NCBI GenBank assembly: GCA_013265495.1
Contig: MU058781.1
Coordinates: 2,148,158 to 2,212,157 of the forward strand
Direction: 5' to 3'
DNA: 64,000 bases
Source: Vicugna vicugna
Lineage: Eukaryota
Position numbers and translations under genes: made by a program. Positions 12,350-24,070 of the stretch are shown here, piece by piece (the stretch's first letter is position 1; each line of letters opens with the position of its first letter). Under the pieces are notes generated by a model. The model made no database searches. It saw only the letters and a list, made by a program, of their open reading frames with translations, and was not told the DNA's origin.

Positions 12350-13279
12350 ATGATAGGTGATAAAAACAAGAGATACCTATTAAAACAAATTCAAAGTTTC
12401 TCTTTAAAAAAAAGAAAGGAAGGAAGGAAACCACCAGGCCCTGGAGTGGTTGTGAGGCTGCCGTGGCCCATCCCCAAACCTTTCCCTACTCCCAAACATC
12501 CTTAGCGTCGTCTGCTCTCACCTCCCCCACCAGCTGCACCCCTGGAAGTGGGGATGGCATCAGGCACCAGCCTAGCTGTTTACAGTATGTCCATTCCCAC
12601 TGCTGAGTGCCTGTGCCTTACTAGTTATTTGCTATTTAGGATCAGTCCTGCCTGGGGGACCTTTTGAAAGCAGTTCTTGTTTGCCCATTTCTGTTCCCCT
12701 CTAACCTTAAAACAACCTAATTATAGGAGTAAGATCACTAAGTAGTTGAAACTAACTCCTGACTTATGCTCTCCTAAATGCACACCATGCCTTGCTTAAC
12801 CTATTGATTCATCTCCTAGATTAAAAAAAAAAGTAAGAATGAAGAATTAAGTAGTTAAAGAATGACTAGCTCTCTACCTCCAAAAGCCCCTTAGCAATCC
12901 TGCAGGCAGATCACGCAGCCAGGATAACATCTGAAGAGAGTCAGCTGGTCTGCACACAGTCAAGAAGGGTGCAGAACCCAACCTCCTGCCTCGATGATTC
13001 ACTGAGATTCTTCCCCCCTTTTTTCCCTTTAAAAACTGTCATGCTGTGCACCAGAAATTAACATAACATTGTAAACAAACTATACATCAATAAAAAAATT
13101 AAGTAAAATAACAATTGTCATGGCTGAGCAGAATCTTTGGAGATGGTCTCTGGACAGGAGTCTACCTTCTCCCCAGATTGCCAGCTTTTCTGATTAAAGA
13201 AACTTTCCTTTCAACTGACACTTGCCTCTTGAATTATTAGCTTCTGTGCAGCGAGCAGAAGAACCTGAGTTAGGTAACA
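12350..13279 (+). mobile_element. ERV1-class solo LTR (5' boundary uncertain)
   Basis: TATA-like tttaaaaa at 13028, ATTAAA at 13193, U5-like end gagcagaagaacctgagttaggtaaCA. Confidence 0.6.
13044..13110 (+). mobile_element. Very short L1 3' tail nested in the LTR
   Basis: ctgtgcaccagaaattaacataacattgtaaac...caataaa; TSD aactgtcatg / aattgtcatg. Confidence 0.8.
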
Positions 13280-14429
13280 CTTTCTCTAGGTGCTTCAAAC
13301 TCACAGCAGTACAAGAGAGGAGGAATTCTGGAGCCATGAGAAACAGCTCCCTGACAGACTTTTTATTTGGCTCATTGAGTAAAACTCCCTTCAAGACCCT
13401 GCCCACAAGTCCCAGGTGAAGGAAATCTCACCCACCTCCCTATTTCTGCTTCCCACTCCCAGCGGAAGTCACTGCTTCCTTATTGGTGCTCCCATAGCAC
13501 TTTGGTTGGGTCTGTAATCACACATTGTTATTCATAAGCACTCTGCCCTTTATTGTAGTTATTTGTGTATAGTATTTATCTACATCACTGGAACAGTTGG
13601 TTTTTCACTCCCTTTAGTGATGGCTGAACTGTCTTGCATGTAACAGGCATTAGATACATGTTACTAAATTCAACTGCATCAGGACTATTGCTGTGGGAAG
13701 CCTCGGCCATATCACTGCTGCACTTACGTGAACATAGGTGCAGTGTTTAGCTACTCTGGGGGTGCCTATGTGAGTTCCAGTAGCAACAGCCAGTCAGCTA
13801 ATGCTGTTCTTTCTGGTGCCAGAAGAGGCTGACTGTGACCCTCGGACAAACAAACTGTAATGTACAGTGATGGACCTGACCACGGAGGACACTGTGTCTG
13901 GAGTTGGACAGACTGTCTACACAAGACAGGTAATGGCTCACCTCGGGACGTCACTCAGGTAGCAAGGGACTGGCCTTATGGCTGAGATAGTGCTTTCTCC
14001 CAGGGCAGCTGTGCTGTGAGTGCCAGACAATTTAGGGGTTTTGATTATAAGTCCTAGGCCTTAAGCTTTTGATTGCCAAGAACGTGGGAAGAGGAGGACA
14101 GGTGGTTCAGCGTCTGCACTTCATTTGATTTCTGTCGTGATCAGAGTGGGTCAAGGCAGAAGAGCCCCAGCATCTTTCACCATCACATCCCTACACCTTC
14201 CTTGGCTTTTAAAATTTCATCATGTCTATTTACAAGACTCTGTGGAAGAACACAACAGCGTAAAAACTGATTTCTTCCTCTGAACCTAATGCAGTCAAAT
14301 TTTATCAGCTTGCAGAGGTTTCCTTTTGGAATCATCTGTTAATCGCTTTTATTTTAGGAACTTGGAATGGGTAACATAATTACAAAGGACCCATTGGAAG
14401 CCAAATAGGACTTCTAGATCCACACAAAC

Positions 14430-15221
14430 CACCACCTCCCGGAATCCCGGGGCAGAACCTCCAGGAGTCTCATTTGGAGCCTTCCAGTCAAGAGTCAACG
14501 GCTGTTCTTGGCCTGGCTGCCATGGGGGCGGGTGCAGGAGCCCTGGGAAATGAAGAAAACGGATTGCAACACCATTTGTCTTGTTTCTCCTAACACCCGC
14601 CTTTTTCCCACTCAAGTTCGGGCACTCCCGGGCACCGTTTGTTCTCATACAAAGGGAAAAATAGACCTGTTGTGAGTTCCCTGTGTGCCTGACTCGGTTA
14701 CCTGATGTTGGGGTGGTTTGTTTTCTGGGCTGCCTAGAGCTGTACATGTTCCTTTCTGGAGTGTGTGCTCTGTAAAGACATAAACAGCTAACTAGGCTCC
14801 AGTGAATCAATGTGTAGTTGAGTGTTTTTTCTTTGGAACTACATTCCTGCAGAGATAAACACACAGAAAGACAGATTATAAAGGAGGAAGGATGCCGTGT
14901 CAGCATGAGGGCTCCGAAGAGAACAAAAGGGTTATCGTGTGCAGAGGCTGAAAATAGAATATAACGCAATCAGAGCTGGGGAAAGAGTGGAGGCCTCCCA
15001 GTGAGTAATCTACAAAGAAATCCTGAACCTCGCAGGAAAACAAACGCGGGTAGAGTCGGTGTGAAAGTGAAACTTGAAAATCCACGTCGAGTAATGGCAT
15101 TGGATGGAGAGGAGAGAAGTCAGTTTCTGCTCTGAGCAAGGCACCCTGACCTTGGGCAAAGGGCTTATTGGGAAGCTGCCCTGGTTGAAGGCCGTGTAGC
15201 TGGGCTGGTGGGAGGGTGGGG
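14430..15221. promoter_or_regulatory. Candidate enhancer/promoter: CpG-enriched, with ISRE, GC box and C/EBP-like motifs
   Basis: About 20 CpGs in about 660 bp by hand count; GAAAGTGAAACT 15063-15074; GGGGCGGG 14525-14532; ATTGCAAC 14563-14570. Confidence 0.45.
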
Positions 15222-17287
15222 TAGGTCTCTGACATGAGCCATGCTAACTGTTCAGACAGAAAGATGATGGCAGAGCTGCTGCGACGTGTATGTTTCTAAA
15301 ACAAGCTATAGTATCTTAATTTTACATTTAAGATCCTTTTTAAAAAGCAGATGCTCTCCCCTCACCCACTTCAGATTTTTGGCAAGCTTGCCAGAACCCA
15401 GTGAACCAAAGCGGGCTCTCCCTGGCCCTTATCCTGTGCAGTATCTGTATTCCCTTGCAGATCAAGCAGCTAACGAAAACCTGCTGAAGCAAGGTCAGGT
15501 CTCAGTTTTGACTGCATTTCAATGGGTAGATAACCTTGGAGTTAATGACTCCGCACCCGTGGTCAGTTCTTCCCCTGGTAGGCACTTCCCTCCACACTCC
15601 TAGAATTCTAATACATCTTGTTTACAGGCCACTGGCTGATTTAAGATCCAGTTGGCCACCTGCCCTGTCAGGACAGAGGCTGCCACTGAACTGTGCTGAG
15701 AACTATCAGCTGTGAGTGCAGCCAACTGGGTAAAAAAAAGGGAGAAAGGAAGTAGCCTTTTAAGAACCCTCAGCCTCTGACTAAAGTAAGAATTAAGCCA
15801 GTGGGCCTACAGGAGGGTCTTGGGTCCGCTGCGAACTTTTCCAAACAAAAGTCCTCATCTAGAGACTCAAGCTCAGAACCGCATCATCAGTTGTCGGGGT
15901 TGAATGCCAAGATCAAAGTGGTTTAAATTTTAAACACCTCTCATCTACCCACCTCCACTTAACGTTCACTTTCAAGGTGGAAAGTGCCCTGCAACAGGAA
16001 GTGGGCCTGCCTCGTTCTGATCTTGCCTTGAAAGCCAAAAATGACCCTCCTCCTCAAATTCAATTCCAAATTTAATTCCAAGCTATCTCTGCCTATAAAT
16101 AAACTTGTGTTGCCTTTTGTTGCTATTGATGCAGATGGTGGTTAATGATTTAATTAATTCTCATTCTTAAGATTACTATCTTAAGAATACATATAGTCTG
16201 TTCTGTCCCACTCAGAAATGCCAAAGGAAGCCCTCCCGTGTATCTTTGTAGCATGAAACGAATCCACATCCACAACCCCACAGAGGTGCATCTTCTTTAG
16301 GAAACCCAAAGGTAGTTTAGGGATCTCACTGGCCTTATTAAAACAGACAACCTAAGGAGTGGAGAGAAGAAGGACTAGATAAGGTAGTTTGCATCAGTTC
16401 TGGCCTTGTCAGGTGGGCAAATGGAATGGGGATTTAGTAAATTGTATGGAATTAAGGTCTTACCCCAAAGGCATCCGGTCTTGCTCCCCGTGGACCCAGT
16501 CTCATGATCTGGCTCCAGCCCTTGAGTCCTGAGGTTCCCTAAGGCCTCCATCCCTACATTACAGTCTACAGATGGAGCTGCAAAATTCATAGTGTTGATT
16601 TTAGAGATAATCTGAATGCTGCCAGAAAAGGCTTGCTGAAAGCGCTGCAGAACTAACTTGTGTCTTGTGGAAACCAGAGCAAGTAAGCAGAGCAAAGCCA
16701 GCTCTCACCCAGCTCTCTCCCCAGGCTGCTCAGCTGGGTTTTTGAACTCGAGCTCACCCTCCTCTATCTCTCCTTGATCCAAGTCCAGAATCCCTTTCAC
16801 ATCAGTCACGCGGCCAGCATTGTCAGAAGGTTTGATGTGGTGTGAATTCCTGCCCCTAGAATGGACCGAGAAATCCACAGAATCTCAGAAAAAGAGAGCA
16901 TGGGAAGCCTATGAAGAGTCTTTCTGTGCAGCCTGAGTCCTACAAGCAGACTCCCTGGAAACTTTTGGTCCCTTCAGATAAGTGGCTTCAAAGCTATCTG
17001 AAAGTGGGGACCCCACAGGCTTTCTGGGGGCTCATTTCTGTGGTTTGTTACAGGTGGTCTCAGTTTCTTCCATTGATCCTATTAAAATCCATCCTGTTTG
17101 ACCTGCACCCTCTCTGACACCTCTTTTGTCCAATCTTAATTATGTGTCTGTGAGTTTGAGCCATCTAGCCTCCGGTAAGTACTTCTACCCAAATACCTAC
17201 CTAGTCTTCCATTTAGATGCACACTGACCAGAAGTATTCATTGGTTCTGTGTGAATACCTGATGCTTTTGAATTTTGGACACGAGAC

Positions 17288-17530
17288 AGATTCATTTATT
17301 CATTCAAAAATTAATTTTGAGTGTTTAGTGTATGCCAATCACTGTTCTGTGTACTTGGGATACATAAAGGAACAACAAAAACTGCTGTCTTGAAAGCTTA
17401 CATTATAAGAGAGGAAGGGAGTGTGGAAGACAGATGGTAAACAATAAACAATAAATTGCAGGGCATATCAGAAGTTATAAATACTATAGAAAAAAATAGA
17501 ATAGGTAAAGGGACATCTGGTGTGCAGGTG
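17288..17530 (-). mobile_element. L2 LINE 3' end
   Basis: ttcatttattcattcaaaaa...tatgccaatcactgttct...gggataca is an antisense L2 tail. Confidence 0.75.
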
Positions 17531-18577
17531 GAGTGGGGAAGGGAAGACTGTAATAAAATTTTCAAGTGCAACTTTACTGAACGAGTGAGAAAAATGACAA
17601 ACGAGTGGTTCTATTCCTTCTTATGAAGAACTGGTCTTGCCAATTAAGAAGTATTGGGATACTGATATATATATACATATATATATATATCATATATCAC
17701 TATCTGCAGAATTATGTTTTATTTTCTGCAAATAAGTATATTTATAAAATAATCTTCAGAATGTAATTATATAGTGTATATGTACACACACACACATATA
17801 TAAAATCATATGTACATTACAATTTAATTTAAAAATATGTACCTTCAAGGAGTTTTGATATCTCTTTCAAGTCAGGCTGATTAGACAGGAAATTTCTAGT
17901 TCCCCAAAGAGTCTCTTTGTTTATTCAGGAAGAACCTTCTAACCTGACCAATTTACATCTCCTGGTAACATGAACCACAGAAGCATCTCCTGTCTTTTGA
18001 CCCTGTCCTGCTGATCAGGCTTACAGCAGCTTCATGCTGGCCTTCAGCCCAACATGGCTATTGGGAGCAGAAGGGATTCCGGACAACAGAGCTGGCACAG
18101 TGAGCGGAGACTCAGGCTCACCTTAAAGGAGGAATGACACTGGGGGGCATGGCCACTGCTAACGCATTTCTCATTCCTGCTCTGAAACCCCAGTCGGGAC
18201 TCCAGTTTCTGGTTTCTTTGAAAGTACATGGTGCACAAATAAGCAAATGGGGGATGTGGAATGTCCAGTCATTGTTTGAGGATTTTCTGGAATTCGGAGC
18301 ATTGTGATTTTTGTTGTTTAGAAAAAGCTTCGGCTGCCTGTTTATCACACAGCGCAGGCTCATGAATAACTTCCTGGGGGACTGGCCCACATTCTTGGTC
18401 CTATTGGCGTCTCTTGCCCAGCAAGGCTCACTCAGGGCGTCCTCCCAACATCCTGTCTGAGAATGACCTTCTTTTCTCCGTTTACTAAGCTCTGAGTCCT
18501 TATTGAAATGACCTCCTGCACAGGAAGGCCTGCTGTGGCGCCTGGCAAGAGAAAACAGCCTTGGTTTCTAGGAAGTT

Positions 18578-18618
18578 ACACACACACACAAACACACACA
18601 CTCACTCACTCACTCACT
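18578..18618. repeat. Compound (CA)n/(CACT)n microsatellite
   Basis: Directly visible. Confidence 0.9.
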
Positions 18619-20099
18619 GGAAGTCTTGTTCAGAAAAGGCGAAATGTTTATGTTCCTCCACAGGCTTGATACGGAGAAACCAGCAGACATTCCAGCAACG
18701 TGCAGAACAGAGGTAAAGGCAGGCACAGCGAACACAGCTGGAAACCAGAGAGCACGACAGGCCACGTCCAGGGGCACAGCAGCTTGAGTGACCATACCGC
18801 GTGGATGTGAGCACCCAGATGAAGCCGAAGGTGTGTGTGTCTGTGGCAATACTCAGGCTTAAATCCTACTCTACGAAAGCCTACAAAACCTTTGGCATTT
18901 AAGAGAAACATAAGCATGGAATTTATCTTAACATCTAGAAAGAATTACGCTTCTGCCAAATGTGTTCTAAAGCAGTGGGGCTTTTTTCACTTTTCTAAGT
19001 GGTGCCAGTGAGAGCAAGGGAACCCCAAAGAAAGGGGCAGGCATGTCCTTCAAACTCTTTCTAGGTCTTCAGTAAGACCTGCTCAAATATGACAAAGAAC
19101 TTTAAGGAGCCATCTCACTCTGGTCAGATGATACCAATTTAGAAATAAGACCTTTATAAATATCATGTACAAGACATTCATTTCATAAGGACTCTGATGG
19201 CCGAGGAGTTCAGTGCCTTGCCCCTGCTCATCCCACTGGGTAAAGCACGGTTTGTAATGCAGAATCGTGATTCCCACCACAGAATCGTATTCCATGTGTC
19301 CGCATTCCCTCTCTCTGTGGCCTGGTGACGTGGGCTAGCAGGTGAGCACTGCAGCTGTCCAAAGGGATCCACACTTGGTTTAACCCACACCTGGCTGTTG
19401 CCATTTGGAAATCCTTAATCACGTTATCTTTGAATTCGTATTTGTAAATGAAGTCCGATGGGCTGGCAGAGCATGCGTGTGATCTGAGTTGTTACAAGTG
19501 GCACGAGTGTCCCCTGCTCCTTGCTGCACATTCTGGGGTAGCGTTTGTGAGGCCCCAAGAGCACAGAATTCCACAGGACCCGTGATGTGACAGAGTTCAA
19601 GGAAGACTCCAAGCAGATACAAGGGAAGCACGTCTATGACTAAGGTGGGGATGGGAAAGGAGGAGGGGTACTGACAGTCCCAGGAGGGCACCCTTTCCCC
19701 TGGAAGCAGAATGTGCTTGGCACGCAGAAAGAAGGCATGTGTTTCCTAAGAAACACAAATGACTGGTACCCCATCATGCCCTTTCTTACTCTCATTACTT
19801 TCCTGTATTAGCTAAATGCTTATGCTGAAAATGATGATATAGAAGGTAACAGAAAGTTTTTTTTTTTTTAGTCCTTCAGCACTTACTCATCAGTAAACCA
19901 AAGGAAGAGACTGTTGGTAGAATGTATGTATGTCAAGAAGTGAAATAAAAATAGGTGAGTTAGTTTTGTGCAGCATTTCCACTCTTTAATAAAAACAAAA
20001 TATATATATGTCCATGGGCTACAAAATATGAATTAGGAATTTTGATGAGTCTGCATATTAGTTACATGCTCTTATATTTGCATTTAAAATTGGGGTTAC

Positions 20100-20685
20100 A
20101 CCCCTACTTCAAAAAGACACCTGCACCCCAATGTTCATTAGCAGCACTACTTACAAATAGCCAAGACATGGAAACAGCCTAAATGTCCATTGACAGATGA
20201 CTGGATAAAGAAGTGGTATATTTATACAATGGAATACTATTCAGCCATAAAAACTGACAACATAACACCATTTGCAGCAACATGGATGTTCCTGGAGAAT
20301 GTCATTCTAAGTGAAGTAAGCAAGAAAGAGAAAGAAAAATACCATATGAGATTGCTCATATGTGGAATCTAAAAATAAATAAATAAATAAATACAAAACA
20401 GAAACAGACTCATAGACATAGAATACAAACTTGTGGTTACCAAGGGGGCAGGAGGTGGGAAGGGACAGACTGGGATTTCAAAATGTAGAATAGATAAACA
20501 AGATTATACCGTATAGCACAGGGAAATATATACAAGATCTTATGGTAGCTCACAGAGAAAAAATGTGACAATAAATATATACATGTTCATGTATAACTGA
20601 AAAATTGTGCTCTACACTGGAATTTGACACAACATTAACACACAATTATGACTATAACTCAATAAAAAAAAGTAAAAAAAAAAAA
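20100..20685 (+). mobile_element. L1 3' end (ORF2 C-terminus, 3'UTR, polyA)
   Basis: ORF 20190-20372 WYIYTMEYYSAIK...FAATWM.LE.VILSEVS is the L1 ORF2 C-terminus; same 3'UTR family as 711, 10530 and 30460. Confidence 0.95.
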
Positions 20686-20689
20686 CCCC

Positions 20690-20770
20690 AAAGTTCTCTG
20701 TAGAGTACAGGGAACTATATTCAATATCCTATAGTAACATATCATGGGAAAGAATATGAAAAGGAATATA

Positions 20771-20807
<37 letters not shown>

Positions 20808-20897
20808 CTGAACTATTATGCTGTACACCAGAGATTGAGACAACATTGTAAATGGACTGTACTTTAATTTTTAAAAAAGTATGAAAAAAAATTTTTT
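20690..20897 (+). mobile_element. Second, older-type L1 3' tail with (TG)n(TA)n, in tandem with the preceding L1
   Basis: cagggaactatattcaatatc...gctgtacaccagagattgagacaacattgtaaa; outer TSD aaaattggggtt. Confidence 0.85.
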
Positions 20898-21149
20898 AAA
20901 AATTGGGGTTGTACAATGTAAAGATGAATGGTAAAATCATGCTAATAATTAAACCTTTTTTAAAACTTAGAATGATAGTAAGTAGCAAGTGAAAAAAATA
21001 CAATGGTGAGTTGGGAAGAAGGAAAATGCTGTCTATTTTATCACCTTCAACAACACTTTTCCCTCTGTTTTTAAACGATTTTCATTTTGCCCTAAACCCC
21101 ACAAAATATGTAGCTGGTGATGAATCCAGATGTCTGCAGAAACAACTCA

Positions 21150-21503
21150 CATGGTTGTTGGGTTCAATCCTGATAAATGATTTGTATAGTTCAGGTCTAT
21201 GGGCAGAAGCTATAAGACTCTTGGGTCAGAGAAAAAGGACTTTAGTACTCATGGCACAGCAAGCAGTGTATGCCACCTCTCACCACAGAAACACAGTGTG
21301 GCCCAGATGGATGCCAGTCACTGTGGGTTTGCATTATAAATGACACTAAACTTGGGGGACCTGCTACAAGCAGTAAACTGACTTGCTCCTTGTTCAGGGA
21401 GAAGTGTTGTCATTTATCAAGGTCGACAGATGCAAAAACAACTTTGAGAGATTGCCTGGGCAAAGAGTAATAGAGCTTTGCAGTGCTGGCATACCAAGCA
21501 AGA
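21150..21503 (-). mobile_element. ERVL LTR40-like solo LTR fragment
   Basis: Reverse complement contains gcaaacccac, catccatctgggcc and tgctgtgccatgagtactaaagtcc...tctctgacccaagagtct, as in remembered LTR40. Confidence 0.7.
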
Positions 21504-21536
21504 GGTATAGAAAATACTAAATATAAGTATAATTTA

Positions 21537-22350
21537 TCAGTCAGAATGGCCAGAATTAAAAATGATAAATGCTGGAGAGGCTGTGGAGAAAAGAGAACCC
21601 TCCTACACTGCTGGTGGGAGTGTAGTTTGGTACAGCCATTATGGAAAACAGTATGGAGATTCCTCAAAAAACTAAAAATATACTTAACCTATGATCTAGC
21701 AATCCCACTCCTGGGCATATATCTGGAGGAACCTCTAATTCAAAAAGATACATGTACCCCAATGTTCACACAGCCCTATTTACAATAGACAACACATGGA
21801 AGCAACCTAAATGTCCATCAACAGATGACCGGATAAAGAAGTTGTAGTATATTTATACAATGGAATATTACTTAGCCATAAAAAGAATAAAATAACACCA
21901 TTTGGAGCAACATGGATAGATCTAGAGACCATCATTTTAAGTGAAGTAAGCCAGAAAGAGAAAGAAAAATACCATATGATATCACTCATATGTGGAACCT
22001 AAAGAAAAAGGAGGACACGAATAAGCTCATCTACCAAACAGAAACAGGCTCACAGACACAGTAAACAATCTTATGGTTACTGGGGGGAAGGGGGTGGGAA
22101 GGGATAAATTTGGGAGTTTGAGATTTACAAATGATAACCACTATATATAAAAATAGATAAAAAAAACAAATTTCGTCAAATACACAAGAGTATAGCACAG
22201 AGAAGTATACTCAATATCTTGTAATAACTTTTAATGAAAAAGAATATGAAAACAAACATATGTACGTATATGCATGACTGGGATACTATGCTGTACACCA
22301 GAAGCTGACACATTATAACTGACTATACATCAATAATAAATAAATAAATA
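21537..22350 (+). mobile_element. 5'-truncated L1 (ORF2 cysteine-rich C-terminus plus 3'UTR)
   Basis: [35 protein letters not shown]-rich 3'UTR tract at 22082-22103; A-rich tail; degenerate TSD ta(t/c)aattta. Confidence 0.95.
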
Positions 22351-22362
22351 CAATACAATTTA

Positions 22363-23260
22363 CAAGTTTAAGAAGACAGAAGAAATCATGAACATACTGA
22401 GGGAAAGTATGAAATCTAGTTCAAAATAAAAAACCTGAGTCAACTATTTTGATATGAAAAAACAGTGTCTGAGATAAAATTACACTGGATGGCACTGACA
22501 GCAGATTAGACACTGTGGAGGAGAATACTGGTGAACTTGAGGACTTAGCAATAGAAACTGTTCAAAATGAATCACACAAAGGAAAAAAGACTAACAGACA
22601 TCAACAGAGTATCAGTGAACTGTGGGACAACCCCCAGTAGCCCCATTTATGTGTAACTGGAGTTGTAAAAGGTGGGGACAGAAAAAAATATTTGAAGCAG
22701 CAATAGCTGAAAATTTCCTAAAATTGTAGAAAACTAGAAACTCACAGATCAAAGAAACTCAACAAAAATCAAGCAGACAAAATGTGAAGAAAATGACTCC
22801 AAGGCACATTATAATCAAATTCAACCTGGAGTAAAAATGTTGGTGGGGATCAAATCTATGAACAAATTTTTTTTAATTTTAGATTTAAATTTTTTAAAGT
22901 CATATTAAGGAGAAAAATCTTAAAAGTAACCAGAGGGAAAAAATATGCACTATATACACAGGAACAAAGATAAGAATTTTACAAGACTCCTCTTTGAAAA
23001 CAATGCAAGTTAGAAGATAGTGGAGCAACACTTTAAAGTGCTAAAAGAAAAAACAAACAACTATCAATCTAGAATTCTATACCCAGCAAAATCAATTTTC
23101 AAAAGCAAAGGTAAAAATAGAGACTCTTTTAAACATATGAGAGTAGAGAGAATTCATCACTGGAAGACCTGCATTATAAGAAATGTTAAAGGAAACCCTA
23201 CAAGCAGAAGGAAAATGATACCAAATAAAAAGCTGGGTCTATACAAAGGAATGAAGAGCA
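22363..23260 (+). mobile_element. Ancient L1M ORF1 remnant
   Basis: Decayed ORF1p motifs (tgaactgtgggacaac, gaaaatttcc, ccaaggcacattataatcaaa) and FKVLKEK..YQSRILYPAKSIF in ORF 23020-23412. Confidence 0.85.
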
Positions 23261-23874
23261 CCAGCCATGAAACCAGTTCCTCTCCAGATTCGAATCTCCA
23301 CTTGGAGCAGAAATGCTCAGGAAAGCACTTGATCCTGAACACTGTGACGAAAGCAAGAAATACATTTTATTCCTGCTGTAGGATCAAAAGAAGTGGACCC
23401 TGGAAGAAATGATGTGGGATCACAGCATGAGGGCATGAAAGGTGGCAAGTCTGTGCACCTGACTCCAGGTGGGAAGAGCTCTGAAGGTCATCTCTGCCAC
23501 TAAGTATATTTGTGAGCATGGGTAAAATACTCTTTTGGTGCCTCGGTACCTGCAATTGTAAAATGAGCTTTGTGATACTGTGTGTGTTATGGTGATGCCA
23601 TAGGATTAAAAGAAAGAACTCATGCAAAGTGCTTAGTACACATTACATGCTGCACATGTTAGCTCATCTCCCTGTTTTTCTCCAGACAGCAAAAGTTCCT
23701 CAAGAGCTAGCATCATGTTCTCTCCTGCTTTCGAAATGAACTGGAAGCATTCATGGAGTGTCTCCTCTGTGCCAACCTTTCACTTCAAGGAACCAAACCT
23801 GTGGGGAAGTTGAAGTCTAGTTGAGGAAAACCAGATACATAAAGACAATGATGAGGGAAGAGTGGGAGGTTGCA

Positions 23875-24070
23875 TCTTTGAATGCTTTCTAAGTGCCAGG
23901 CACCATGTTTTGCACTCAATTTACTGTCTGCCTTCACAAAGTTATGAGATAGAAGTCTTCATCTCATTTTCAGAGATGTGAAAATTGATGACCAGAGTAG
24001 TTAAATAATTTGTCCAAAGCCTCCAGTAAACAAGAACCAAACATGTGTGTGGAAATCAAACCCAACTATG
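23875..24070 (-). mobile_element. MIR SINE
   Basis: aagtgccaggcacc...ctcattttcagagatgtgaaaattga...agttaaataatttgtccaa. Confidence 0.75.

Larger units (their letters stand above)
19330..21122 (+). mobile_element. MER45B-like hAT-Tip100 DNA transposon, near full length, interrupted by L1 at about 20100-20897
   Basis: Collinear with remembered MER45B: gaagtccgatggg, gagcacagaattcc, cgcagaaagaaggca, tcaagaagtgaaataaaaa, aaagatgaatggtaaaat, ttcattttgcc...aaatatgtagc. Confidence 0.85.

Noticed and set aside
14349..14969. Longest ORF (206 aa, minus strand)
   Set aside because: No recognisable domain or exon context; compatible with chance in 64 kb.
20190..23412. L1 peptide ORFs as functional CDS
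   Set aside because: Truncated, frameshifted fragments from three separate insertions; ORF2 pieces lie upstream of ORF1, so this is not one intact L1.
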